From assembly GCA_900617105.1 (NCBI GenBank), contig UYFQ01000146.1, positions 1 through 64,000 on the forward strand: DNA of 64,000 nucleotides, in the 5' to 3' direction. This document shows positions 36,701 through 49,268 of this stretch, piece after piece. Source of the stretch: Hydrurus foetidus. Taxonomy: Eukaryota. Under the pieces are notes generated by a model that saw nothing but the letters and a program-made list of their open reading frames with translations, made no database searches and was not told the origin of the DNA. Position numbers and translations under genes: made by a program. Within the stretch, counting starts at the first letter, position 1. Every line of letters begins with the position of its first letter.

Positions 36701-39662
36701 TTCTTCGGGAGAAAGGCTGATACAAAGATGGACATCGGTCCACCTTTCGGCACCTACTGTCAGGTCACCAACCGCACCATGTCGAATGGCATGGACCAGC
36801 GCACGATTGGATGCCTTTACCTGGAGCCGAAGATGAATGGCACAGGAACACATGCATTCCTTCGGTTGGACAATCGGGCGACCATCAATGCGAACCACTA
36901 TGTGGTACTGCCGATCCCACCCATCGTTATCACTACCGTGAATGGGTGGGCGGCAAAGAACAAGCTGCATACCTCGATCGACCCGATCTTCACATTCCAC
37001 GACCGAGACATCACAAATGATGTCGACAATGATGCCGTCGGAAACATTACTCGTGCAGCACCACCGACAGCGGCACCAATCGGAGACCGCGGACCCATTC
37101 AGGACCCAAGTCAATTCCCACCGCACCAATCGGTTTTGAATCCCCACCGACACAATCGCCAATGGAGATTCGGGGTGAGACTGATACGGTTCCAGACACA
37201 GAAAACCTACATGAAACTTCTGGCGAAATATCGGAACCAACGGAGCCCGTTGAAGAGATTCCGGAGGAGAACGCTTTTGATAGTGCACCGGTGAACGTAC
37301 GTAAGTACACACCTCGACCCATAGAACCAAGGGAAAAGTCATCCAGACTGAAGAAACCAATCGACCGACTTAACTTAACAGCGGAAGAAGTATCAACTCA
37401 AGCACAAGAAATCGACAATCCGCATGTTTGGTCGATGATGTCAGTTACTCGGGGACTGAAGCTCTTCCCGGAAAAGACTGCATTCGCCATCGAGTCAGAG
37501 GTCAAATCGCTCCTCGCAAAGGACACATTCTCAGGGGTGCACATGTCACAACTGACACAACCACAGCGAAACAAGATCCTGCGTTCGATCATGAACGTCA
37601 CGGAGAAGTTCCTACCCACACTAAACTCGGAGGGTAACCGAGAGATCGACAAGGCCAGGTTCTGTGTCGATGGGCGCGCGCAAGTGCGAACCGACTACAA
37701 GCCCGATGAGATCGAATCACCCACTGCTTCCATGGCCGCAATATTCACCGTAGCGCAACTGGCGGCAGCGGAGAAACGGTTTGTTATGGTGGGTGATGTG
37801 GGGTCCGCGTACCTCAACGCGAAAATGCCGCTGGATAAACCGGATAAAATCCTGCACATGATGGTAACTAAAGATGTGGCGGATGAAATCGTACGACAAG
37901 ACAAGTCATTTGCTGCGTACCGAATGCACAATGGAAGCATTCTGGTACGTCTGAACAAGGCACTATATGGCTGTATCGAGTCTGCCAAACTGTGGTATGA
38001 AGAAATAGCCGGAACCCTACGGTCCAACGGTTTCACGGCCAACCCGCGCGACCTTTGCGTCTTTAACAAGAGCATCAAAGGAAAGCAATTCACGATTGTT
38101 GTCTACGTCGACGACTTAAAGATGACGTGTGTTGACAAGGACGCTGTCCTCGCCATGGAACAGATCCTGCTAAAAGTTTACGGCCAATTCAGGACAACAC
38201 AGGGGCCTATCGTATCGTACCTAGGCCTGACCTGGGACTACAGTGAAACAGGATACGTGAAAGTTTCACAAGCAGGGATGATCCAAGACATTGTCGCTGC
38301 AAGAGAGAAGACTCACAAAGACCGCGGAACCAAACCCGCTGGAATTCCGCACTCACCAGGTGCTCCTCACCTGTTTGATCGAACCCCTGACAGTGAGCTG
38401 TTGAGTGCCAAGGATGCAGAAATATATCACACCGACACCGCAACCATTGCATGGACATGCTCGCGTGCACATCCGAGCCTCACAACAGTGGTGGGCGAAC
38501 TCTCAAAACGAGTGAAAGCACCATCCTACGAGGATGACAAGAAGCTCGACAGGGTCATCAGCTATGCGAAGTACGTACGTGACGTACCCCTACGACTCAA
38601 AGCTGACCTCCCACCAAGAGTCACGGTATCAATTGATGCTGCATTTGCGAATCGCGACAACATGAAATCAACCTCAGGAATGTGCGTCACATTAGGGGTG
38701 GGATTTTTCATCACGAGTTCCAAGGTCCAGAAGCTGAATTCCAAGTCGAGCACGGAGGCTGAGATCATCGCGATGTCCGACGGGATAAACATCCCATTAT
38801 GGCTCGCAGACTTCATCCGCCTTCAAGGATATGATCCACAACCAGTGCGATTGGAGCAGGATAACCAATCCTGTATCACACTACTTACGAAAGGTCGGTC
38901 TACCGCAGAGACCACCAGGTTCATCGAGATCCGGAAATTCTGGATCTCGGACTATATCAAGAACGGTGCAGTGGACATTGTCTATGTTCCCACGGCGGAA
39001 ATGACTTCCGACTACTATACAAAACCGTTACAAGGTGCGATTTTCGACAAAATGTTCAAGAAAATAATGGGACAAAAGTAACATCTCTTTATCTCACACT
39101 CAAAAAGTCACCGTGATTTTTGACTATATGGTTATGATGATAACTACGCAAAAACCTATATTAGTTATGATAATTACCACGTTTTACACCATGTGATGAT
39201 AATTAATTTGCATGATACCTAAACAACCATGTGACTGAATGTCGATGACATTAGGGGTGTGTTGGGATATGCGTAGACTAGGAATCTCTTTGGGGATAAT
39301 ATCATGAGCGATATCCAGTCCGGATAGTTGTAGCTTAGGCATACGTTTTATGATTCCTTGTAGACCGGTTGATACTATACACCAACCCGCGGTCACATCA
39401 GGAATGAAATGTTGGAGTGATGAATCACACCAAGTAGCATACTAGCAGTTAGTATACAGCTGATGAAGTGGATGTTTTGACATGCTAACCACTTCTTATT
39501 AAAAGAGACTATATGACATCACGTCATTATACCTACACTAGTTGACTTTTCTGCTGCTCTGGCTAGGCTTGCATTTCACAAGGTGTATTCTCAAAGAATC
39601 ACTAGCAACCTACCAGTTCAGTACCGGGATCAGTTATCCCTAAAGAAACGGTTTTACCAAGA
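33768..39662 (+). mobile_element. Ty1/Copia LTR retrotransposon B, full length
   Basis: 403-bp LTRs (33768-34170 and 39260-39662) that appear identical and end in CAAGA; TSD GGTAT; PPT AGGGGTG. Confidence 0.96.
34198..39081 (+). pseudogene. Copia B gag-protease-integrase-RT-RNase H in four overlapping frames
   Basis: CFNCGKFGHRKSEC knuckle, FDTGAT protease, HCDVMF/SDNE/VERMIR integrase, VYVDD RT, SIDAAF/SSTEAE RNase H; three frameshifts. Confidence 0.93.
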
Positions 39663-39817
39663 GGTATCCAGGCCAACGAACTAGGCCAACAGGCCAGGCC
39701 AGAGATAGTACGGCATTAATATCAGCAAGTGGAGGGGCTATTGACTTCACCTACTGAAGTATTTGTCCTGACTAACAACAAAAACATTTGAACTTTTTGC
39801 CGCCAAATTTCGCTGGC

Positions 39818-40300
39818 ATGTCAGAGGAGTTTAATGAGGATAGAGAAGATGAGGCTGTCAGTGGTTCCTCGCCTTTAGAGGAAGCACGTAAGAGAATTGA
39901 TCTTGCTTTGATAGATATCAAAGAGAACAATTCTCCACTTGAACGATTCCCATGCACACTATTCAACGAATGTAGGTTCAAGTTAATGAGTGATCAATCT
40001 ATGAAAATCATACAGACTTTGTTTTTACACCTGTGTAGTATTCAAGACCAGAGGAGATGGACAATCAAAAGTGGTTACACTACTTCTCGAGGCCTGAGAG
40101 CGTACAGAGGTGTCTGTTCTAGATCAGGAACGCAGTCTCATAGTCTGATTCACTGCAATAGAAGGACGTCATCAAAGTGTAAATGCACGGCATCTTTTAC
40201 TCTTTTTGATGATGGAAATGTCGTCTTTAAGAGTGACCATGCGGAGCTATGCTTAACAGATCCAGATATGGGAAATGACGGCTACGTTTTCAATTCTTGA
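39818..40300 (+). CDS. FAR1/WRKY-like zinc-finger protein fragment inside the TIR element
   Basis: VCSRSG...RTSSKCKCTASF...H resembles Mutator-associated FAR1/WRKY-GCM1 DNA-binding domains; no catalytic domain seen. Confidence 0.5.
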   Translation: MSEEFNEDREDEAVSGSSPLEEARKRIDLALIDIKENNSPLERFPCTLFNECRFKLMSDQSMKIIQTLFLHLCSIQDQRRWTIKSGYTTSRGLRAYRGVCSRSGTQSHSLIHCNRRTSSKCKCTASFTLFDDGNVVFKSDHAELCLTDPDMGNDGYVFNS

Positions 40301-40706
40301 CCCGAGTCCTTCAGAACTTTCTTTTTTTCTAGGGAAGCTAAGTCTATGAATGAGAGTGCAAATCATGAGTATCAAAATCTACAAAATCCTGTACATCTGT
40401 TTCTCTGGGAAAAAACAGCCATCTAATCGAGAAAAGAAATGTAGACAACATTACCTGATGAATATGAGTCGTCCTGAAAAAGACGTGATGCTGCCGAGCT
40501 CCACAGCCTATAAATTGGCTGTTTTGTCCAAGATACAGATTATCGTCGAGTGAGATGTAGATAGGCTGCGCTCCTGATGTAGATCAGTGCCAATTATTGC
40601 CGTACTATCTCTGGCCTGGCCTGTTGGCCTAGTTCGTTGGCCTGGATACATGCTCCCCTAGCCGCAGGCGTGCTCTTTTTTTAGTGTGGAATTTGTCCGT
40701 ACAGCA

Positions 40707-43700
40707 TGTTGTAAAAAGTGGACTTCTAGGTGTGCCGTATGTCCCATACGGTTGGTCACAAGCTCCCCACTGCACTCTTCGACGCGGCTTCACTTGCTCT
40801 GTCTGGACTCAGAAGAGAAGTTTCGCTGTCGGCTACGAGTTTGGGTTAATTAGCACTACTGCAACGCAGTAGTAGTCGAGTGTAGTCGGTAGTTGTCGCA
40901 ACAGGTTGATGGCTATCTTATATCAAATACGTCATATCGTATGTAGTACGGTACTGCTGTGGTGCAACACCGTACGTGTGGTTCAAATATGAAATACAGA
41001 TAATAGCATCACATTTGTACACGGAATATCTAGTCTACATAATACTGATATTACTACACAGCATACCGGCTGGATGTTATCGTATTCAATTCAAGCAAGT
41101 TTATTCAATTATTATTTCAAAGGCATTATTATTCATACGTGTTCATTCAATATTAATCATAATTAAAGTTTCATCAATGGCTCCGGAATGTTACGTCGGT
41201 GTCTTGAAAATCGATCTCAGTCGGAAAGAATGTAGCAGAGGTTGGTGGTAGGAATTTATAGGCAGTAGAAATAGTTGGCGGTTGGAATTGTCGGTTATAG
41301 AGGGAAGTTTGCTTTTGACAAAGTTGGCGGTTAGAAGTAGTTTATCGTAGGAATGTTGGTTCTGGAGTCTTCGTCTTGATGTGTCTCCAGTTGATGTGTC
41401 TCGACCATATATGGTGTAGGCTCGAGTGTAGGTGTCTTGAGTGTTCTGACTTGGAGATTGATGTCGTAGGGCAGAAGGAATTCGATGGAATCGAAGATTC
41501 ATAAGTAAAAACAGATTCATATAATACATAGAGTTGATGTTGGCCAAAGTAGTAGGAATTATTTTGGCAAAGCGTAGGTAGAAGGAAATTCGAATAAATG
41601 GAATACTCAGGTGATGCCGAGTAGTTTATCTCGGAAAGCTCTGAACTGCTCTCCTTGAAGGGGTTCCGTTAGCATATCTGCTAACATGTCAGTGGTTGAC
41701 TTGTAAACGATGGCGATTTCCTTTTCTCTTACCCCGGTCGTGTAGGAAAAAATACCGGATATTGATGTGGCGCGTACGTTCGCTGTTGGAGCGACCGTTG
41801 TTAATAAGTTGGATCGTTGATTTATTGTCTTGAAAAATGATGGCGCTCCTGTCTTGATATCCCTGATCTATAAGGAACAGTCGTGCCCACAGCACTTGAT
41901 TGGCTGAGTCGCTCAGTCCTACTAGCTCGGCTTCGGTACTCGACTTCGTGGTTAGCTTTTGAGTTGAACTCTTGGCATACACTACGGCTTTCCCTAGTGT
42001 GATGGCGCTTCCAGTGTGGCTCTTCATATCTATGTGTACGCCGTCAATATCTAGGAGGCGTCAATATTACATGTGACTGTGATGGGGTCTTCGACTCGTA
42101 GGGTGAGTCCTAGGTCTTTAGTGCCCCGTATGTACTGGATAGTACGTTCCAGCTTCTTCATGTCTTCGACTTGAGGCTTCGTCACCCGCTTGGTTCAAAA
42201 CGCTACCGGCGTCAAGATGTTTGGTCTTGCCCTTTTGCTAAGGTATAGCAGCTTCGCTGTAGGTGAATGAAAATACTCACGAGCAGAAATGGTTAGTAGT
42301 GGGTCAGAAGTATCCGGTTTTACGGAAAATAATTCCGACTTGGCCGGTGTCGGTGCCACCCCTAGAATCTTTTTACAGTCTTCTAGCAGCTCCTTGACGA
42401 ATCCCTCCATGGTTATCCTAACCTCCCCGGCTGACTCGAAATTAAAAGTCATACCTATGTAATTAAGTACTTTTCCTCGATGTTTCGTTAGTCCGGGATA
42501 TAGTTTTTCAATTTCATGAATTATCATATCAACATATTCGTCATTGCAACACGATATCATCATGTCATCAACGTGAATAATCAATGTGGTTTGAGATTTA
42601 CTGTTTTCGATTCTGTTAAATACACACAGGTCATATGCATTAGCAGTATAACCTAATATAGACAAGTCATGTGAAATTTTATCGTACCACAATTTTGCAG
42701 ATTCAACACATCCATACAATGCTTTCTTCAATAACAATGCATGTACCCTTATCATTAACATATTTCATATATGAATTATCAATGGATGTCAAAACAGCAG
42801 CCAAATACTTATTCAATCTCATAAACACCGTGTGACTACCTTCTAGTGCCATATCGCTATTTAAAACTGCTCCTGGAAAATCTATCGTAGCTAATGATCG
42901 ATTCTCTTTCGCAGCAATTGAAGCAATAATAAACACACTAGTAGTACTAACAGTAGGTGATGAGCCATTATCATAAATATCTCCATCTTGTAAGTGACCT
43001 CCTGCAACTAATCTTGATTTTAACTTATCAAATTTACCTACAGCAGTGTATTTATCTTTCAAAAACATACTACTGGTAATGATGTTGTTACGTTGTGTAG
43101 GTGTAAGTGAATCAATTAACACTCCCTCCCACATATCCTTCTCACACATCTATTGCATCTCTTTTCTAATGGAATCGACAGCTATATCACCTAACTTATC
43201 GATACCGTCTTTAACAGTCATGTTAAAAGCATATGAACAATCAAGGCGATGTAACGCTTCAGGTATACAACATCCTATGTTCCTATTTCCTCTCTTAGAT
43301 ACCCATCTACCTGGTTGATGATTTTTAGCACTCCGTCTCAATGCAGGTTGTTCTATCTCAGGTAGTTCATCAGTAAGTACGTCATCAGTTGTGTACGTAT
43401 CTTCTATGGCATCAACAGTTTCATCATATGTAAGTACATGGTCGTCAACGTACGTGCTGTCTACATCAGGTGCATCATATTCCATCGCAACATCGTCATG
43501 TTCAACAGGTTCAAAATCAGCATCATCAGTATCAAGCTGCGTCCATAATCATCCATCGTGGCATCATTATCAGGCATATCATTAATATTATTCTCATCAG
43601 TCACCATTTGCACATCGGGTGGTTGAGGCAACACAAACGGTTCAGCATCATATGAATCATCATACATTTCATCTGAATGTGGTGTGACTGAATTACTAAA

Positions 43701-46700
43701 TCTTCTCGTATTATTATTATAGATTTTCTCATCATCATAATCTAGTCCATCATCTACTATCAAACGCCTATTCTGTTCAAACACAGGTTGGTTAGTGTTA
43801 TTACCCTTATTAATGTTTCTCTTATCGGATAATCCATTAAGGTTAGTAATCACTTCATCAGGCATAGGTAGTGATGTGGCTTTAGTGCGTTTTACTATCT
43901 GTTCATTACTGAGTAACATGTAATACCAAGATCCTTCTAGATTGCCTGCACTCATTAGAGCGATAGCACCTGAAGTTCTGGCTTTATTACTTTCATCAAT
44001 ATTGTCAGAGTGCACTTGTACATAGTCACCAAAACCATGTTTCAGTTCTTTGTCTACATTTATCTTCCTACCGTATAGTTTCTCTCTGGGGCTGACGTAG
44101 TCTACGGTGTTCCTTGTCGGAACTAACACTATACGGTTAACAGCGTATCTAACTAACCATCCATCTAACTTCTCGGATAATCTAAGTGGTAGTGTATTGA
44201 TTACTGCTCTAACTCTTTCTTTAATCTGACGCTCAACTACGGTAACTGCCTCACCTGCACCTGTCGTGTCTAATGCAGCACCTATTGTAGCTAACTTAGT
44301 TTCAAACCATACTGAATTGATGGCGCCTTCTCCATCAACTCTGACTCAATTTAAACTGAAACCATACTTAGTTATGTGTCTAACGTCGCTCTCTAAGCTA
44401 ATCCACAGCGTAAGATTGGCTCTGTTATTTAACTTATTTACCATAGTATATTCTAATGGCTTAACAACGGCAATCAAAAATGGGTTGCCGTTAACAAACA
44501 TAATGTCTATATACATAATTTGATCTCTCTGCTGTATATTATCTAACAGTGGTTGCTCCTCTTTAACCTGTGCCTGATGGCGTGGCGTTTTTCTCTTTAG
44601 GGAGCCTAAGTCAGGACCCCAGATATCCAAGGATCTAACTACATCTTGTGCTGTAATATTACTGTTGACTAGTTTACCCTGTAAAAAGTATAAAAATCGC
44701 TCCCACTACTATACTTCATAGAGTAGCAATTATTTACCATGTTAGCAAAAGACAAGATGTTGGCTATACAATTAGGGTCAAAGTATACTAATCCGAAGTC
44801 CGTCGTACCGCACTCTCTGATAACCATCGGCTCTTCTCTACTATTAACTCTATTAACTATCATGGGTGTATCAGCAGGCACAATGTCATAGAACAGTGCA
44901 GCAGTTCTGAGTACAGATTCGCCAGCACATGTGTCAAGAAGCAGTTGATTGTCAGCAAATACATCAGAATCATTCGTGATATCCATGCTAAATATATTGC
45001 TATCTACTGCTGGGGTCTCCGTCACTGGAGCTTAGTCATCTATAAATTTAATTTGTACATATTTAGATATTCGTACGTGCTCAACATTATTATTCACAAC
45101 ACTAGTCACATTATTATTCACAGTAATAGCTATGTCATCATGTAAATAATCATATAAATGACTTACTTTCCCTTCCCAGGTGATGTAGTCGGTTTCCCTC
45201 CAGGGCTCTTTCCTCATTCCTCGCCCCAGTGCTGCACCACTGTGTCTGCTGCATCTGCTCTGCATTCCCTAGCCAGGTGCCCGTATTTCCCACAGTTATG
45301 GCATGGACCTCTCCTGTACCCCGCTGGTGGGTATTTGTTGGAGGTGTATGCAGCTGCCACCGGAGATCCTTTCTCGCTGCTGCTGCTTCCTTCGGGAGAG
45401 TCTGGTCCGTCTCGCACCCATTTCGCGTTCGGAGCGCTCTTCCCTTTGTGGCCTTCAGGATATCCTCCTCGGCCTCCTCTTCCTCCTCTGCCAGTCATGG
45501 CGAATGCGTTCGCCCTTTCCGTAGCTGCAGGTGAGTTGTACGCTGCATGTTTGGGGTTATATTTCGCTGCTTCCTGATAAGCAGTCTCTAAACAATCTGG
45601 CCATGGCTTAAGCCCGTTGGTAAAGAATGATCGAAATTCCCCGTAATTGTTATTCAGTCCCAAGATAAATTTCACCGCCATCTGACCCTCTGGATAGGTC
45701 TCATCAAGTGCTCCACGACCAGCCATTTCATAGGCTTGTTGAATGGCCGTGAGAGCTGACTTGGTATTGATGTAATACATGCTAAGATTGTCATGTTGCC
45801 CCATGACAAGGTTGTTGTAGCTTTGTGTAATCATAACATTTGATGAGCTACTCCGAGTGTTGAGTCTCCGATATGTGTAGCAAGGATTGCTTGCATTAAC
45901 TTCCGAGGCTCAAATTCGTTTTCATCTTCGACTCCTGCCTGCACTTCCGAGACTCTAGTCTTAGAACTCTCGGACATTTGTCCCAGCACCACACCGTACA
46001 GATTTCCCTTATCTTCGTCAAGGGTTTTGATATTCTTGTTATAGTCGACCATCTGCAATTCCCATATCTTTCTATCGTAGATCAATGCATCTTCCGCAGG
46101 TTGGTCGGGTAGTGCATAGACTGGGTAGTCACCCAAAGTCCCATCTGCACCGAATATCATACTAACTCTCGATTTATATGTTGTCATAGCATATTCTTTC
46201 ATCTTGGCCATCCACTTGGTAACCGTCCCATGGGCGATGTCCTTCCCAGGCGGTAGATCCAAGTATGCACCTATCGTGGGGATATTCCCACGATGGTGGT
46301 TCGGCGTCGCTGGAGATCCTCTCCCACCACGATCGCCGAAGTAGCCTCGTCCACGTCCCTGATGAAGACTTCCATGTCCTTTCATCGTGGCAACTTCTTG
46401 TTGCAAACGATGGTGCTAATTATGTTGTGAAAAGTGGACTTCTAGGTGTGCCGTATGTCCCATGCGGTTGGTCACAAGCTCCCCACTGCACTCTTCGACG
46501 CGGCTTCACTTGCTCTGTCTGGACTCAGAAGAGAAGTTTCGCTGTCGGCTACGAGTTTGGGTTAATTAGCACTACTGCAACGCAGTAGTAGTCGAGTGTA
46601 GTCGGTAGTTGTCGCAACAGGTTGATGGCTATCTTATATCAAATACGTCATATCGTATGTAGTACGGTACTGCTGTGGTGCAACACCGTACGTGTGGTTC

Positions 46701-46772
46701 AAATATGAAATACAGATAATAGCACAATTTGTACACGGAATATCTAGTCTACATAATACTGATATTACTACA
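40707..46772 (-). mobile_element. Ty1/Copia LTR retrotransposon C (degenerate)
   Basis: LTRs 40707-41058 and 46423-46772; TSD CAGCA at 40702-40706 and 46773-46777. Confidence 0.93.
41607..46406 (-). pseudogene. Copia C gag-pol with many frameshifts and stops
   Basis: CHNCGKYGHLAREC, LLDTCA, YIDIMF integrase, KLKSRLVAGG, IHVDD and SSTEAE. Confidence 0.92.
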
Positions 46773-46864
46773 CAGCATACCGGCTGGATGTTTTCGAGTT
46801 TCTCACCAAATTCAATTCTGTTAATTGGGTTTGGTAAAAGGCACCAATATCTAACTGCGCTGTA

Positions 46865-48653
46865 TGGCGCGCCAAGTCGAACCCCTAGAATTTTACAGAA
46901 AAATTAAAAATTCGAACACGAAAATTTTTGTTCACACAAATTTTCACGCGCAACATTTTTTTTCCAACCGTTGCGGCTACTTCTGCGACCCAAATGATCA
47001 CCCAATCTTTACACCCAGACATATCACATACCGACCACTTTGAAGCACGATATCAAATTTCTGACAGCTCAACTACGAAAAGCAAATCGGCAGCAACCCG
47101 ATGAAACATTCAAAGCAGCTGTTGTCGCTATCTCAAGTTTTGGGCATCATCAAAGCCGGAGATGTCTTACATCTCCAAGACTCAGAATAACGGATCATTT
47201 TATCGACTCCGAGTCATCAGGGGTAATTTCTACAGCAGGTAGAAATATTTTGACCGCAGGAACTTTCTCTTACTTGCATGAAAATACAGGCGGCCACTTA
47301 TTTCTGCGTCAGACGATCGCGGGAAGCCAGGTCTTCCCAAACCGTTTTCACTGCCAAAACGGTTTAGAAAAAATGTCTGCTTATTTTACGATGCCTACTT
47401 TCAATAAGATGCTGGCATGTATAGTTGTGTACAGCTACGTAAATTTTCATGCAATAACTATGGATAGATTTTTCTCTATGATTGCTGTAAGCCTTATAAA
47501 AAGTTGTTTTGCAAAAAGAAGCACTCTTGCAAATTTCGAGTGTAGTAAGAGCCCTGAGGACTTTCACACAATCGGTACTGCTAGATTACAGCGTTTGATA
47601 AATGATGCTCGAAAACCATAGCACAGCATCCAGTCGTCAAATTATGCGCATTTTGTTCTGCAGCTTATCTATGAAAAAGACAAGTTCGTGAGCATCTTGA
47701 GCGCTCTGGCCTCACTATTGCAACTCGAAATCAAATTCCTCTGGTGTAACTCTCGAGAATTCAAATAAATCGGTAGAAGAAGTGGCCACTACTAATTCAC
47801 AGCAACCGTCAGAGCGCTCAAGATGATCACGAACTTGTCTTTTTCATAGATAAGCATCGGAACAAAATGCGCATAATTTGTCGACTGGATGCTGTGCTGT
47901 GATATTCGAGCATCATTTATCAAACGCTGTAATCTAGCAGTACCGATCGTGTGAAAGTCCTCAGGGCTCTTACTACACTCGAAATTTGCAAGAGTGCTTC
48001 TTTTTGCAAAACAACTTTTTATAAGGCTTACAGCAATCATAGAGAAAAATCTATCCATAGTTATTGCATGAAAATTTACGTAGCTGTACACAACTATACA
48101 TGCCAGCATCTTATTGAAAGTAGGCATCGTAAAATAAGCAGACATTTTTTCTAAACCGTTTTGGCAATGAAAACGGTTTGGGAAGACCTGGCTTCCCGCG
48201 ATCGTCTGACGCAGAAATAAGTGGCCGCCTGTATTTTCATGCAAGTAAGAGAAAGTTCCTGCGGTCAAAATATTTCTACCTGCTGTAGAAATTACCCCTG
48301 ATGACTCGGAGTCGATAAAATGATCCGTTATTCTGAGTCTTGGAGATGTAAGACATCTCCGGCTTTGATGATGCCCAAAACTTGAGATAGCGACAACAGC
48401 TGCTTTGAATGTTTCATCGGGTTGCTGCCGATTTGCTTTTCGTAGTTGAGCTGTCAGAAATTTGATATCGTGCTTCAAAGTGGTCGGTATGTGATATGTC
48501 TGGGTGTAAAGATTGGGTGATCATTTGGGTCGCAGAAGTAGCCGCAACTGTTGGAAAAAAAATGTTGCGCGTGAAAATTTGTGTGAACAAAAATTTTCGT
48601 GTTCGAATTTTTAATTTTTCTGTAAAATTCTAGGGGTCCGACTTGGCGCGCCA
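46865..48653. mobile_element. Foldback element: ~845-bp inverted arms with a ~100-bp spacer
   Basis: Mirror-image identical ORFs 47040-47621(+) and 47792-48478(-); TA on both flanks. Confidence 0.9.
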
Positions 48654-48888
48654 TACTCTGTGTGTTTGCCAGTCGAATAATGTTTTCTGTACTTGTGCTT
48701 CTTTTCTTATTCGAAAAAAAGTTAGTATTTTCGGATTCGGAATCGATGCCAGACAACAGTGGGGAATACAGAATTTCAAGCTGAACACGAATATTAAAAC
48801 CGTTTGTTCCACTTCGCTAGAATGGAAAACATCCAACCGGTTTAAAATTGAGTGTAAAAAGTCCAATTTATGGATTTTACGGTTTTTC

Positions 48889-49268
48889 TATGTATTTTTA
48901 AAACCCCCGCGAGAGTAAAAAATCGTGTTTTTGCTTACTTTTCCTTGCTTTTTTTGGCGTTTTTACGAGAAAATGTAACGTTTTTATATCCTTTTCTTAC
49001 GTTATAATTATAACGCCTCTATTTTATAATATTTTACATTTTGTATATTTACTCCATTTTAGCAGTAAAAATACTCCTTCATTTTTCTCTTTTTTTCTCA
49101 CAATACCATTTTTATGTCTCTTATAAATCATAATATCTTTACACCATTTTAGCAGTCATTTTATTGTATTCTATTCTCTTACATTTTCTCGTAAAAACGC
49201 CAAAAAAAGCAAGGAAAAGTAAGCAAAAACACGATTTTTTACTCTCGCGGGGGTTTTAAAAATACATA
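48889..49268. repeat. 380-bp unit with 90-bp inverted arms at the left viral boundary
   Basis: 48889-48978 is the reverse complement of 49179-49268; followed by (AATACAG)n at ~49273-49310. Confidence 0.9.

Larger units (their letters stand above)
33758..40655. mobile_element. ~1-kb TIR element (~60-bp TIRs); left TIR interrupted by Copia B
   Basis: GAGCAGGTAT|CCAGGCCAACGAACTAGG... is matched by its reverse complement ending ...GGATACATGCTC at 40655. Confidence 0.85.
33747..48888. mobile_element. Copy 3 of the IS630/Tc1 MITE, fragmented by nested insertions; right TIR absent from the window
   Basis: Segments 33747-33757, 40656-40706, 46773-46861 and 48657-48888 are colinear with, but diverged from, copy 1. 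Confidence 0.75.

Noticed and set aside
47040..48478. Two identical ~190-aa ORFs on opposite strands
   Set aside because: A consequence of the foldback arms; TTG starts and no recognisable domain.
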